From Eledone cirrhosa (lineage: Eukaryota), in NCBI GenBank assembly GCA_964016885.1, contig OZ024740.1, positions 188,914,001 through 188,978,000 of the forward strand: DNA of 64,000 bases, written 5' to 3'. A program made the position numbers and the translations under genes. Positions 41,561-56,340 of this stretch are shown here, piece by piece. Under the pieces are notes generated by a model that saw only the letters and a list, made by a program, of their open reading frames with translations, was not told the origin of the DNA and made no database searches. Numbering within the stretch: position 1 is the stretch's first letter; each line of letters begins with the position of its first letter.

Positions 41561-43520
41561 TCATCATCATCATGTTCGGTTAACGTCCATCTTCCACGCT
41601 AGCATAGGTTAGATGGGAGTTGCCCCACTTGAGGCAAGGTTGGTCGGGTGACCGTGTCCCGCTCATATAGGACTATCTGGCAGGTTTTCTATGGCTGGAT
41701 GCCCTTCCTAACACCAACCACATTTACAGTGTGGAACTGGGAACTTTTTACTGGGAACTTTTTACACGATTGTGTAGGTGTCACAACAAAAAAACACACA
41801 CAGTCCACGACGTAATGTGTCTACACGGACACATTACATCGTGGACTGTGTGTGTTTTTTGTTGTGACACCTACACAATCTCGATCTCATTATCTCGTGC
41901 TGTTGGTGAGAGTGGGAGGATAGGGTAGGGGTAGTGGATTGGGGTGTATATTTGGTTAAGAGGTGCCTACTGACTGTAGGTTTCGCTTTGTACATAGGCA
42001 AGGCGGGTCTTCTGTATTACTGCGTAGCGCCAAAGATCTCGGTCCAGAGACATTGTCTTAGAGGGATGTAAGTGTGTGAGGTCGGAATTTATCAGATGAT
42101 CCCAGGTTTTTCTGGGTCTACCTACTCCGTGGCTACCATCAATTTTGATCACCCTGCACTTTTTTATGCAGCTGTCGTCTTTCATGTGCATCACGTGACC
42201 ATACCAACGTAGTCTTTTCTCAAGTAAACAGCATCTGATCCCTCTATTTCTAATTTCTCACTTAGTTCATTTATGCTTTGCCGTTCACATATATTACTAT
42301 TACACATCCAACGGAGCATGCATGCTTCGTTCCTTTCCAGTCTGTGCAGGTCCTCTGCATGTAATGCCCATGTCTCACTGCCATGTAGCATTGCTGTTTG
42401 TATACAGGCATCATGCAATCTGCCTTTCATTTTTAGAGAGAAACCTTTTGTGGCCAACAGCGGTATAAGCTCTCTGAACTTATTCCATCCCGTTCTGACT
42501 CTGGCTACTGAGAACACCCTCCACCATTGCTGATTTCATCACCCAGTTAACGGAAAGTGTCTACTATTTCTATAGAACCATCTGGGCAATAGGAGCTAGT
42601 ATCCTTTGGACACTTGCTACTTATTGCATCTGAGCATTGGCCACATATAAAGTCTACATTCTTAGATAGTTTACCTGTGATCCTACTACATCTTTTATGT
42701 ACCCATACTTTGCATTTGGGACATAAAATGAAATTTCTGCCTACTCCTTTCCTACACACTGAGCATGGCCATTTCCCTGAGGGCACCTGTGCCCTATTTT
42801 CCTTTCTACAAACTAGAACTTTAGTCTTAGACAAGTTAACTTTAAGGCCTTTTGATTCTAGGCCATGCTTCCATGTTTGGAATTTCTTCTCTAGTTCAGC
42901 CATTGGTTCAGCTATGAGCGTTAGATCATCTGCGTATAGGAGTTCCCATGGGCAGCTGGTCTTGAACTCCTCTGTTATAGCCTGAAGGGCAATAATAAAT
43001 AAGAGGGGGCTAAGGACAGAGCCTTGATGAACACCAACTTTTACACTAAATTCTTCACAATATTCATTGTTAATTCTAACCTTACTGACTGTTTCATTAT
43101 ACATAGCTTGTATAGCTCTCACAAGCCATTCATCTACACCTAGTTTTCTAAGAGCCCACCAGATAATGGAGCGGGGGACTCTGTCTAAAGCTTTCTCCAG
43201 GTCTACAAAAGCTAAGTAGAGGTGTTTACTTTTAGCTAGGTACTTCTCTTGTAGTTGTCGTACAAGGAAAAGAGCGTCTGTGGTACTTTCACCTGACACA
43301 AACCCAAACTGCATTTCATCTAGATCAATTCACTCTCTGATTAGTTGCGCTATAAGTCTTTCTGTGACCTTCATGACCTAGTCGATTAATTTAATGCCTC
43401 TATAGTTTCCCCTATCTAGAGCATCCCCTTTACCCTTGTAGCAGTTAATGATGATGCTGCTATGCCAGTCTTTCAGTATGACTCCATTCTGTATTACTTG
43501 GTTCACTATACAGGTGAAAA
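41561..43520 (-). mobile_element. 5'-truncated RTE LINE (RT domain, PHD finger, 3' UTR)
   Basis: KGKGDALDRGNYRGIKL..MQFGFVSGESTTDALF..AFVDLEKALDRVPR..GVHQGSVLSPLLF..YADDL..GLKVNLSKTK..C4HC3..HGSETW; several stops and frameshifts; (ATG)n tail at 41561. Confidence 0.95.
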
Positions 43521-44982
43521 TCCTGTATATAAAAACAGAAAAAAATAGTTATTTATATGTTCCACAAATGCATCATATATTATGAAATGATAAGCCATTT
43601 CTATTGTACTAAGTAAATTAACATAATGTTATCACATTATTCCTGATACTATACATAGTTCCTGATACTATACATAGTTGCATAGTTGATGCAATGAACT
43701 CCTGCTGTTGATGCTGGTTATCAAACAGTTCAAATAGATTAAGGGTAAAATCCATTTAATCTCAATTCTATAGGAGTAGATTTCAGCATTACTCAATAGA
43801 CCTCATCTTAGATGTATCTTTTAAAAACCTTTTGATTAAATAGTATGTTTGCTTATTTAATTTTAGTATCCTAATAATAAACTGATCAAAACAATAATAA
43901 TTTCTCTGTGAGGGGAGGAAATGAGTTGATATGTTCAACATCAGTACCAGTACATTAGAAACTTTCTTCATTTTCATTTTACACATAAACAAAATAAATA
44001 GTAAAATACTAAATCTCTACATTTTCTGATCACCTGTTTATGGTAACCATTATCAATGGGGGAATAACTCTATGGAATTGATGATGGGTGAATGGAAATA
44101 GGGAGAGGTTCATGATTTTGTTAATGGTGCAAGTAAGATATCTGAAAAGTAGTAACTACTTTTAGGAATCAATATCTAATTCCAAGCTATGATTATTGGC
44201 TTATCTCATCAAGAGATTAACTCTACTCGATAACACACAGTATATTACTGATAAATCTGTTATTATTTCCAGTAAGCTCAGAGCTCAGGACTATACAGAG
44301 AGCTATTGTAAATGATTCAATGCAGCTCTTTGCATTTTTTCCTTAAATTTAGAAGACTAACCACTAAAGGAGCCAATCCCAATGTATGGCATTTTGGAGA
44401 AGTGTTTCTACATTGATGCAACTCAATCAAATCATTATGAGTAAAATTTTGTAGGTGTAAACTGTGTGGAGGGCCTCATTAGAGAGTTTTTCCTGTTCAT
44501 ATGTGGTACAGTTATAATGTCACCTAGTTTAATGCCACCATATCATCCCTTAGCGAATTTTAGCATAGTTCCCTACATTGTAAGCATCTGAACCAGATCT
44601 CTGGCCTGAGGATGACTTCCATCCCTCCTGTCTTTCTCCTATTATTCTTTAAAACTCTGAAAAATGGTAAAATGAATTGCCTTTTATCCTCTGAACAAAC
44701 CATTAAAAAGCACTCTACAGTTTGTTTGTGAAAGATTAGTGGAGAGCCTTTATTTCAATAACTGTAGCAAAATGATTATTCATCATATGACTTTTAAGAT
44801 GCTTTATCTTTGTCTTGTCAAATTTATGAAAAATTATAAAAATAAGTTATGATTAGGTTAATAGAAACAACAATGACAATAATGATAATTGCAACAGAAA
44901 ATGATGACAGCTTATTTTCCTGAGCAATACAATAATATATATATATATACACACACACACATACAAATATACATATATATAT

Positions 44983-46190
44983 CGTATTATGCGCCAGCTA
45001 GTTCACCCTTTCAATCACTCCCTTCTCTCACCAAATATAAATAAACCTGTTACGAGGTACGAATCTCAAAATTTGTCAACGCTTATTAATGGTCAGACCT
45101 CGTCGCCCCCTGCGTAATGTAATGTAAATGCCATTTTTCTTGTCTCTCCAGCCTATCGGTCCATTCATTCATATATCAGTATCATCGCCCAGAATCCAAT
45201 TTTTTGCTCTCTCTCAATGCTAGTCTATAATTCTGTCTGGTTGTTCTAAATAATCTTGTATTTTAAAATCCCATTATTCGCTTATTATTACTGTTATATG
45301 CTTGTCCAATTATGCCCAAAATTCGAAGATCTTATTTAAACCCTCTCGCTAACTACCCCATATCCCTCCCACCTGCCCCCACTCTCCACCATTCTTATTA
45401 GGACCAATCATAAGTCAGCGGCCTATGCTATCACTTCTGGTTGCTTGCCGATATGATGGATGGACTATGGAATTCTGGAGAGTCTGAAAAATCTGGACAC
45501 TCAGTGACAATGCCAAAGATAAAGACAAATTCATCTCATGCAGCTGGACGAAAAGGCAAGGACTCCCCCTCTTTGTTTCGGCCGCGAATGGCCCACATAA
45601 CCCCAACCCCATCCCCCTCACCCCTCCCCACGCCCCACCGTTCCCACCCACCAAACGCAATCCAAAACTTCAGAGTTGGTACCATGAATGTAGGCACCTT
45701 AAAAGGTCGCTCTAACGAGGTTGTAAAAATGCTTGAACATAAGGAGGTTGATGTTTGCTGTATCCAAGAGACCAGGTGGAGGGGTGGCTCTGCTAGATTC
45801 ATTGTTGGTAAAAAACGATACTATAAGCTTTTCGGGGGGGGGGGGGGGGGAATGACAATAGGCTGGGTGGGGTAGGAATCATGTTAGCAGATAGATGGGT
45901 AGATAAGATAATAGACGTAAATAGAGTGAACGACAGAATAATTAAAATAAGACATGTCCTAAATAGAACTACTGTGACAGTAATATCTGCGTATGCACCC
46001 CAATCCGGACTGCCTGGCGCTATAAAAGACAGATTCTATGAAACATTGATGCTCACTACCTCCCAAATAACCGACAGTGACTACATAATTATTGCTGGTG
46101 ACCTAAATGGTCATGTTGGACAACATTGTGATGGCTATGATGGAATCCATGGAGGCTATGGGTTTGGTACTAGAAATGAGGAAGGAATTA
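44983..46190 (+). mobile_element. RTE LINE 5' portion (putative 5' UTR and APE endonuclease), 3'-truncated
   Basis: FRVGTMNVGTLKGRS..VDVCCIQETRWRG..GVGIML..ISAYAPQSG..IAGDLNGHVG..GGYGFGTRNEEG; frameshift in the poly-G at 45834-45850. The 5' boundary is approximate. Confidence 0.88.
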
Positions 46191-46211
46191 TAGACAAGTT
46201 ATTGGGGCTAT

Positions 46212-46245
<34 letters not shown>

Positions 46246-46456
46246 TATGTATAAGGGATAACAAAATATCATTATAGGTAATCCAGTTAGAGGTTGTGAA
46301 TACTTTGTATTGTGCATAGTTTTAGCGTACGGCGTTGTTTGACTCAACAAGAGGTTTCCGTAGGTGGTGAGTTTATGTGTTCTCTTGCATTTCTATGTAA
46401 GGCACAGCTTCAAGTGTTCAGCAATTTATATATATATATATATGTATATATGTATA

Positions 46457-46706
46457 TGAAGGCAAGTGGTTTAGTAGTTAGAGAGTTGGATTCACAATCA
46501 TGATATTGTGAGTTTCATTCTTAGGCCAGGAAATGTGTGTCTTTCTGTAAGACACTTTATTTCACGTTGCTCTTTCTGCCAGGAGTTGTGACCCATAGAT
46601 AGTTTCAGCACTGGAAAAAAGCAATGGAAACATTGTTTCTTTTGTTTGATTTGATGAGTTCCACCCCTCTTCATATGTGAATGTTGTCTAAGTTCTTATT
46701 GATCAA
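46457..46706 (+). mobile_element. tRNA-derived SINE (same subtype as 29268-29480)
   Basis: tgaaggcaagtggtttagtagttagag..tcacaatc..aagacactttatttcacgttgctc..gcaatggaaacattgtttc. Confidence 0.7.
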
Positions 46707-48781
46707 TTCCAACCAACAACAAATATATGTTAAAAGAAATAGTAGAATGTTCCAAATAGAGGTAAATATTTTACCAAAGAATTTAGTACAATATTGATCC
46801 TTTACTGCAAATTTTACCTGGCAGTAAATTAGATAAAGTATAGTCTGTCTAGATAGTGATTAGCTGTTTTATGAGATTGAATCTTTTGATAATAATTAAG
46901 GAACAAATGACTAATAATAACGTTTAAAATTAAAGGTAGTAGTTTTAACTGAAATACCTGCATACCAGACTAAATGCTTAATGTACTCAAATTAGTTTCA
47001 GCCTTCTATGTTCACCATTCAGACTGTGTACAGGTTGACTCTGCTTTTCTTCTATCCATGTCAATAAAATGAGAATACTAGTTATATACTTCTTCTTACA
47101 AAAGTAATTTATGGAGGTAAATAGTATATCTAAATAAGAAATCAACAATTTTATTCCTAAGTAGACATTAAATGTTCAAATTATATAGAAAAGCAGTGTG
47201 TTACAGCATTCATGCTTTTCCACAAAGTATTATCAAAGTAAATAAATAGTTGATACTAATTCTCCTTCTTTCCAAAAAACATTAAAATATAATAGCAAAT
47301 CAATTGCTATTTGTTTTTTGAAAAGTGTTCACTCAATTGAACTTAATTTGTTTTTAAGAACTCTTTCTCATCTGTCAAGTGTCTGTTGGAGAAGTGATAA
47401 GATTTTGCCAATTCAACCTTTGCATCACATTTATTTGCCAAGCCATTTCCATGGCTGCTTACCAATGTACTAAAAGGATGGAAACTGAAAAGTCTGAATG
47501 TCTTCTTGAAGTTCTTCTCGCTATAACTCAATGTCTAAATTAATCTCATAAGAACCTGCAACAGAAACAGAAACATAGCATAACACAAAGTATTCGGCAA
47601 ACAGTAAGAATGGAATTAAATAATGGAAACTGGGAAATTCATTTGACGATTGATTGCTAATTATACATTCAGACTTAATCTAAATTTAATTGGAAATGTT
47701 TGAGAAACAATGCCACAACCAGCTTGATGATTTAAGAGGAGGTTTGACAAACTTTTCTCATCAAAAATGAATTTTGTTTATTATTTTATGTGTTTCTAGT
47801 GACTAAAAAGATCATATATTCTTGTAATAAATCTCCTCCATAGAGTTAAGTTATGTGTTTATGATCGACATATATTTTTGAAATATATTTCTTCATATGA
47901 TAGTTGATTACCATACTGAATATGTTACATTACTTATCTTCAGATCTCACAGAAACTGTCTTTGCTCATTGTGGCCTGGCTGCTGATAAAATATACGTGT
48001 AATTGCCTGGCTTTTATTCAATTAATTATATATCTCTCTTACAAAAAATGGTTTTTGCTTCATTAAAGGAAACCAGTGCATCTTTTACATTTTATTATCA
48101 CCCTGCTATTTGAACATTTCAAATAATTCAGATTCTTCATATTATACTGATATTTAAGTGTTTGTTTTCTACATTCCATCACCAATTGTGGTTAACACTC
48201 TTTGAATTTCTAATTCCTTATATTTGCTTCCTTTATAATGATATTTGGTTATATTGTCTGGTATCTGATTGATCGAAGATAATGTGATGAAACTGAAGCA
48301 ATTACACCAGAAAAAAGATATTTTAGCATTTAAAAAACGCAACACACACACACAGACTGTTACAGTCACATTTCATTTATTTCATAGTCATAATACTTAT
48401 GTGGTAGAGGTATAATGATAATTTAGAAAAGTTTTTGAACATGTTTATTTAAATTCAAAAATGGCTGTTCTGTGATGTAATTGTGACTTTTTATTATATC
48501 ATGCAATACGATATTTAAATTTCCATCCACTTTTGAAGTATCATAGACTATTTTGTAACTGTCAGTGCAATTCCATTTGATATTTAGATTTCATACAATT
48601 TTCAATTTTCATATTACTAAATTATATTCTAAACCTGGTTCTCATTTTTTTTTTAAAATCAGGATGCTCTTTAGAATAAACAAAAATATGTTGGTGCCCT
48701 TTGTACTTAAATTCGAAAATTTATTCAAAAGAGGTATTTAATGATATTAGCACATAGTAAAGTAGAGATATAGATAATTAA

Positions 48782-48989
48782 CCCTCTAGCATTTAAAACA
48801 GCCATATCCAGCCAGAATTCTCTCACCTTTTTCTGTTCAAACCTGCTGTAGCTGGCCACTCATACTGATATTAATGTATTGTTCTCAAAATAAATAATAT
48901 AAAAATCTCATAGATTCAATATTATGTGAGGTAAAGACTTTACCATGAAGATACAATAGTATATATAGAGTAATGTAAATGCTAAAGGA
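48782..48989. mobile_element. piggyBac-type MITE
   Basis: TTAA|ccctctagcattta ... taaatgctaaagga|TTAA: imperfect 14 bp TIRs with TTAA on both sides. Confidence 0.65.
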
Positions 48990-50029
48990 TTAAAAATTAA
49001 AAAAATATATATTTGTACTTAGTAATTTTGTCAATAATTTGAGCAAAATCATCAATGTGAACCATGCTGTTGGTGTTTTATTTTTGGCAATGATTTCATT
49101 CTTAGTCTAGTTGTTTCCCATGTTGACAGTTGTATATGAACTTTATTATGAATTTCAATTTGTAAATTTTGCATTTTGAAATAAAAACTTAAATTTTCAC
49201 ACCCATTGGCATCTCATGACACATAAATTTGTTGAAGTGCACAGTTCGGTAACCACTGTTCTAGAATGTGATAAATCCAAATCATCATATTCATTGTCCT
49301 CATCATTAGAGAAGTGGCTGAGATGGTAGTTTTGGACTAAATTCTTTCTTTGCTACACCAGGTCATAAATGTCCCCTGGTTATTTCTTGACAAGTGTTAT
49401 ATGCTTCCCATGTGATTTACAAAAGAGATTACAGAGATTGCTTCTCTCATTGTCTTACTTTCAGTAATTTTTAAAATTTGCCATCTTATTTTCTACAGGA
49501 ACATTCATTCAGAATGTAAAGAGCTGGAATAAATACCGCACACTATTTTTCTCATGCTCTATCAAATCTGTCAATCTATCAATTTAGTTTATTGATCCAG
49601 GAAAAATGAAAAGTAATTTGAACTGAGTACATAAAGAGCTGGAATAAATAATGCAAAGTCAATGCTCCAAGGACGTGATCACTTCCCTATTGTTGGTGCT
49701 ACAATAAAATGCATTGAGTAGGGCATGGGTTAATACAGTAAGCCCCCAGCCCACAAGGAGATTAGATTTTCCACATGAGTTCTGACTACATCAAACCGTT
49801 GCTAGCAGGGAAAACAGGCATTAAGTGCTTTACAATATATACTGCTGTATCCCTTATTTTAGTATCAAATTCTGTCAATGGTGATTTTGCAATCCCTTTA
49901 AGTGTAATAAGACAAATACCCATTATGTAGTCAATCAATTAAATTGAGTACATATTAACCCCAAAATATTTAGCTGTATTGGATAGTGGATTTTCAGAAT
50001 CATTAGTGTTAGCTAATGGTTCTGCATCC

Positions 50030-50152
50030 TGAGTTTAAATCAGGCCAAGATCAACTTTGACTATCAGCTTGATAAAATTCAGTACCATTTAAGTATTGCA
50101 GTTGATAAACTTTCCTTTGCCCCCAAATTTCTGGACTTGTGTCAATGTTAGA

Positions 50153-50193
<41 letters not shown>
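50030..50193 (+). mobile_element. Decayed SINE family B with (AAT)n tail
   Basis: tcaactttg..ttgataaaattcagtacc..cttgtgtc..ttagaa(ata)n. Confidence 0.55.
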
Positions 50194-50194
<1 letters not shown>

Positions 50195-53100
50195 TTCTAC
50201 TTTAAGAAAATGGCTAGCATTTTGGTGGGAGGGAATAGTCAATTAAATCAACCCCAATGACTCTAGTACTTCACTGGTACTTTTAATTTTATCAACCTTG
50301 GAAGGATGAAAATGAACTCAGAATGTAAAATGTCATAACTAAATGCCACAAAGCACATGTCCAACACTCAAATGATTCTTTCCCTTCACTGCTCTTTCAT
50401 ATAAGTTTCTACTGCATTACCTGGTGCATCTTAGTTTGTGCACCATTATGCATTCTTATTCTTGAGGGTATTGCTTTTATGGTGACAAATTATCAGTCAT
50501 TTTGGCATTGGATTAAGACTACTTAAATATTTGTTTCAGTTCATTGTGAACTGGTCTCAAATCTTACTGATGTCAACTTTGCCTTTCATCCTCTCAAAGA
50601 GGATAATAATGTACCAGTCCAGTATTGAAATTGGTTCTATCCCTCATTCTTTCATTAGAAGAAATCAGCTGTGTTTCAACTTGGAGATGAATAGGCATCA
50701 CCCGATTTTAAATGCCCAGACATGCTCTATATCAAGACAGCATCTTTATGGCTCTATAAAGAGTTAAAGGACCTTTATTTTACTTTTTAAATTAGTGGTT
50801 CTTAATTGCTATCAGCTTATGAGTGATGAAAAGCAAATTTGGTATATAGGATGTAAAGGGAAAACTTGGCACATTGCACTTACATACTATAACAGAGGAA
50901 ATGTTTTTTCTATATACTTAATCCTATTTTGATAGCCCTTTATATGTAAAATATTGAACATGAGTGAAATACATATAAATTGCATTAGAATTGAGGAACG
51001 GATGCCTTCCGTCTTTTATCGGTTTTTGCATTCAAATTCTATCCAGATTGATTTTTTATGCCATCAGGATCAATATAGTAAACACCTCTTTATGTACTAA
51101 GGTTGAATGTAGCAATTATAATCCTTTTTCTAATTTAACAAGAAAAAGAAATGCTTTGAAGGAATACATTTTTGTATATTATATAAAATTTAAAAAATAA
51201 TTTCAATATGGGTCTTCGTTATATCCAAAACCAAAATGAAGTAGATCAAATAAACAATTTACAAAAACGTTAAACTAACAACTATTTTATATATTTATAT
51301 CATCAATATCAGAAAATATTCCAAGTAAACAATATCAATAGTTCATGCTATCTAAATACTAGGTTGTTCTAAATACTTAATTTTTTTTATTTTGTTTTTC
51401 TTTCAAGTTGAGGCTAAGAGCTTTTGATACAATCTGTTCTTTTTTTCACCTACCTACTTACATATCATTAAAATGTATGTGTGTTTGGATATCTGAATTC
51501 GTAAATATTTTATCGATTTCATTGAAAACTTATAATAAGTAATTGATTTATGTCTCATTTTTATCTAACCTGGTCAACAAACTATTGGAATTTTCGATGG
51601 AAAGGATATGATTTAATGTTCAGTTGTTCTCAAGAACGTTTAGTTTGTCTTTCAAGGAAAATGGGGAATTATGTAAAAGTTCTCAAAATACTAAAAGCAG
51701 CTCAGTTCACAGGCAGTATGCTGGCAGAAAAATTAGATGTCTTCTTGAAAATGTTCCAACAGAAATGAACTTGAAATTTGAAAATGTGTATATTTTTGTG
51801 TAAAAGCTTGCAGCCGTGCATGTTTGTGTAAGTGTATGATGCATTTATATATATTTATATAAATACCTGTTTATAAAGAATTTCACAAAAGCATGATATA
51901 CACATACATATTCATACAAACACGAATACATTTCTAAATTTTGCCTTCTTAGTTTTCTTTTTCCACTAATTTTCACACATGTCTCTAAAAAGTTTAGAAA
52001 AGAAAATTGATTAAAATTAAAGATTTGACTGACATATTTAGCATCTACAATGTTTACAATGGTTGACTCTTGTCAGATTTGAATCACAGATCACAGTTGC
52101 ATGTGACCAGAGAGATACTGTTAACTGTTGACATACGTATAAGTAAACTGATTATATGAATGCATGAAGAAAATATTTCCACCTCTGAATTAGCGAAACC
52201 AGCCATCAGCAAGTTTATATCAGTTAAGAAATGGCAGGTGCAATTCAAATTCCCTCTAATCATGGATTAAAATTTCTAAATATCTAATTTCTTTGTTTCT
52301 TGTTATTATGGCTATGTTCTTATAAGAAATTGAGGAAAATGAAAAATTCCCAGCTGTATTTTATTTCATTTTAATATTATTTTTATTTCAATTACACGAT
52401 TTTAAAGAATCTTTTATGCATCTATCGCTCAAGCTAAAATGAATATAACTACATAAAAAGAAATGAAAATGGTGAAAAACATATTTTCCAAATTTATTTA
52501 TGTAAACATCATATTTTAACTATATGAATAACTGCATATATTTATCTCTACCCCAGCCTCCACACTGAATAGAAATCTGTTTATCAGTAATTTGAAAGAG
52601 ATTGTCTACACCACCTGGTTTAACAACAATATCAATATTGAGATAGGGAGAGGAAGAATAAGTATATTATTGAACATGTGTAAATGTACGCTTCTTCCTT
52701 CCTTGCATCTGATCATTTTTATAGCAGCTAACAAAACATACATAAGTTTTGCTATTATACGTATGAAACTCTGCTCTATTAATTATTCTATCATGTGCTC
52801 TTGTCAGTTTAGAATTCAATTGTTTGGTATCTGATGTTATAAACTTATAGGTAAGAAAAACAAAACAGCATCTAATTAATCCTTAGATAATGTTTTCAAA
52901 TAGGCAATATAAATTTAGATGAGCATTCTGGTTTATCTATATGGCATGATTTCCCAGTCAAAATATAATTTGAATGGAAACAGTTTGATTTCTGGGAAAG
53001 AAGAGCAAAATGATTTGTTCAAAACTACAACCTTTGATGTTGAGCATAATTAATTAATATAACAAATATCTTAATATTCATCTACATTGCTTCTAATTAG

Positions 53101-53817
53101 TCATTAGCTGTGATATTTCTTTCACCATCTCCTTATAAATGTAAATTATTGGGCAATATTCCTTAATAGGTGAAGTAGCAGACTGATTAATGTAAGCTCT
53201 CTTTATTCTAAATCCATAAAGTACCACACATTTACTCAAGTTTTCAAGAGCTAAGAAATATTATTAATGAAGTCTTGTCAATTTCTTAGTATTTGCTTTG
53301 TTTTATATTAAGTATTTCAGGTAGCCATTTTCCTTCATAGTAGAAATTCAATTATATGAACTCTTGTCTTTAACTTTTATTACCTAGATTTTCTTCTGTC
53401 ATCTGTTATATCTTTCAATAAAGATTTTAATCTAATTGTAATAAAATATTAAATCTATTAAATTTTATTTATCCAATTTTCTCAATTTATTTAGGAAAGT
53501 ATGAACACATACCTATAGAGTTAAATAATGCTGAGAAACGTTTTAAATTTCAGATCAATATCAGTAGAATTCTTATGAAACAAATACTTATGACTGGAAA
53601 TACAGTATGGGTGTAACTGAGAAATTTAAATGTATTGTCAATATACCTATCCCCATATACTTAATACTATTAGTGTTTTATTCATGCATCAATATTCAGG
53701 AAACAAGTGATATACATAGAAGCAGAGTAATAAAGCAAAGCAACTAGTTAACTAGAGATTATTGTGTACTTCAGTAGTTGAAAGTTCTAAGTTTAAGTTT
53801 TGCTCAGATTGAAAAGT

Positions 53818-55545
53818 TATAATAATAATAATAATGAAATATTGTGTACAGTGCTCAGGTGCACTACAACTCATCAAAAAGTGTATGTATAGTACATAGG
53901 GTAATGTACAAACATCAGGAAAATGAACAGTACATGAGTCATGATACACACGTGTGCATGTGTATGGAAGGGGTACATCAGGTGTAGTTTTGGCGTATTT
54001 CGGGAAGCATGAGTGTCTTAAAGGATGCAGTGTCTCGGCAGCTAACAACTGACGCAGGCAGTTTGTTCCATGCTTCAGCAACTCTAAGCGTGAAAAAATG
54101 TTTACGAAAGTCATGGGAGCTGTGCTGTTTTCTGATTTTGTGGGCATGTCCACGTGTGTTAGACACATGGAGATCAAAAAGGTGCTCAGGGTTGCAATTG
54201 GCGAGATGGTTAATAACTTTGCCAGACGTCGGAGCTTCAATAAATCCATGCCCAGGAGAGCAAGGCGTTCAGAGTATGGTAGGTGTATGATGGAGGGTAT
54301 GCGCTTGGTTGCACGTCTCTAAACAGTTTCCAGGAGGTCAATGTTCTGAGCAAGATAGGGGTTCCAGACAGATGATGCGAATTCCAAGTGTGGTCGTACC
54401 ATACCTGTATACAGTTTTAAATAGATGGCTGGAGAGTGGCTAACAAAGGTCTTGCTGAGTGATGTCAAGACACCCTCGGTCTCTTGACAATCTTAGAGAC
54501 ATGCTTTGTCCAACGCAAATCGCTGCTGATAGTAATGCCCAGGTCACGTTCACAAGAGGACTTCTTGATATCAGTGTTGTGGAGGGAGTATGTGGACGCT
54601 GGACTTTTCCTCTCAAAATGTATGGTGGTACACTTGTCCACAGCCAGCTTCAGTTGCCAGTCTGTGATCCATTGCTGCATTGTGTCCAGGTCTGATTGTA
54701 GGAAAGAGTTGTAGATTTCAGGATCAGTCGTCCTTTTGATTTCAAGGTACAGCTTGATGTCATCTGCATATTTCAGTACCGTGGCATTCTGTAAGTTGGC
54801 ATCTATGTCATTAATATATGCCACAAACAAAAGGGGACCAAGAACAGATCCCTGTGGTACACCAGATGACATCTCATATGGTGAAGAATGCTGTCCTAGA
54901 ACCGTGACTACTTCTTTTCGGCTGAGAATGAAGGATTTAAACCAGTTGAAAAGATCATCCCTCACACCCATTGCAGAGAGTTTTGCCATAAGTCTTTTGT
55001 GTGGTACAGAATTAAAAGCCTTAGCAAAGTCAAGGTAAACAACATCCACCCATGAGCCGCTGTCAGTGATCTGGGTGATGTCTTCAAGGAACTCGATAAG
55101 CTGATCACAGCAGCTGGAGTTAGGGATAAATCCAAACTGTGAGGGCCGGATGAGGCTGTGAGAGCTCCAGAAGTTCCAAAGTGTTTCTCTGACACAGGAT
55201 TCCATCAGTTTGGCCATACAGATAGTAAGACTGACTGGACGATAGTTGACAGGTGACATGCGGTTGCCCTTTTTGAACAGTGGAATGACACTGGCAGTTT
55301 TCCACTGCTCCGGAGTAGCACCATTGTTGAGACAGTATTGAAAGAAGAAAGAAAGCTAGCGCAAAAGGAAATACCCGCCACGTTTGAGAAGCAGGTATGT
55401 AACACCATCAAGACCAGGGGAGGCATAGTTGCACTTATCCTTAAGGTGACGTCGCAACATTGCCGGTGTAAATTCCATAGTTGTTATGGAATTTGATGTT
55501 AGAGATGGTGGAGATAGTACATTCTGGTTTTCAACAGTAAAAAAT
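53818..55545 (-). mobile_element. 5'-truncated CR1-group LINE (complete RT core to 3' end, (TTA)n tail)
   Basis: SPGLDG..IPLFKKG..NYRPVSLT..QFGF..VDVVYLDFAKAFNSVPH..SGVPQGSVLGPLLF..YADDIK..ERDLGI..NTRGH..FF..RV..WN.LP; frameshifted. Confidence 0.95.
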
Positions 55546-55639
55546 GAATGCGCAACATCTGTTCCATTACCAGGATATTAAACTTTCTCTTTACTCTAAA
55601 ACATTCAAAAGTATAGTTACATCATAGAAGCATCCTCAA

Positions 55640-56340
55640 CTAAAATTGACTAAATAACGATGTATATTTGTTATACCTGACAAGATGCTTAACATCATTG
55701 TCTCCTTCTATAAAGGTTTGAAAGCTGCTGTTTTATCTGGTGGGGGGTTGTTAGATTCCTTTGATGTGACAAATGACACAGAACAAGGCTGTAGTATGGC
55801 TCCAGTTCTTTTTGCACTTCAGTGATGCTGAAATATGCCTTTGGTGAAAAACACACAGGTGTTAGATTCCAATTTCAAACTCGTGACAGACTCTTCAACC
55901 ATCAACAGTTCAAAGTTAAGATGCGTCTATGGACCAGCATCATTCACAATCTCCTTTTCACAGATGTACTGCACATATAACAACATCTTTAGAGGAAGCT
56001 CAGGAACATAAAACCATTTTTTTGTTGCAAATAAAGCCTTACTGTCAGCATAAATAAAACAGATGTGATCCTCCAGCCATGCTCTATGCCAAAACAAATA
56101 CAAGGTGTTAAACAGAAACCACTTATTCACCAATTCCTAGACACCCCTATAAATATGGATGGGAAGAATCTGACATATGTGAAATCATTCAAATATCTTG
56201 GTAGTAAGCTGAACTCAAATGCATCTCTTGACAATGAGATAATGAGTCATATAGGGAAAGCCATAATTGCATTTAACAAGCTCTGTTATTACTTTGGGAA
56301 TGAAAGGGGCACAAAACTGGATACCAAGATACAGATTTAC
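55640..56340 (+). mobile_element. Old RTE/BovB-type LINE RT fragment
   Basis: FDVTNDTEQGCSMAPVLF (compare GVKQGCVLAP.LF) and VKSFKYLGSKL..ASLDNEI..IGKA..AF..TK..IY. Confidence 0.75.

Noticed and set aside
41561-46190. Divergent RTE halves resembling a twin-priming 5' inversion
   Set aside because: Separated by about 1.4 kb of unrelated old sequence and missing the intervening ORF region; more simply two independent insertions.
46250-46430. TA-flanked block with two minus-strand GAAA motifs
   Set aside because: Could be another decayed pLTR, but a consistent three-stem core could not be drawn.
47944-48002. Phase-compatible candidate next exon (cttatcttcAG-ATCTCACAGAA..., DLTETVFAHCGLAADKIYV*)
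   Set aside because: No recognisable domain and no supporting evidence; such short frames are common by chance.
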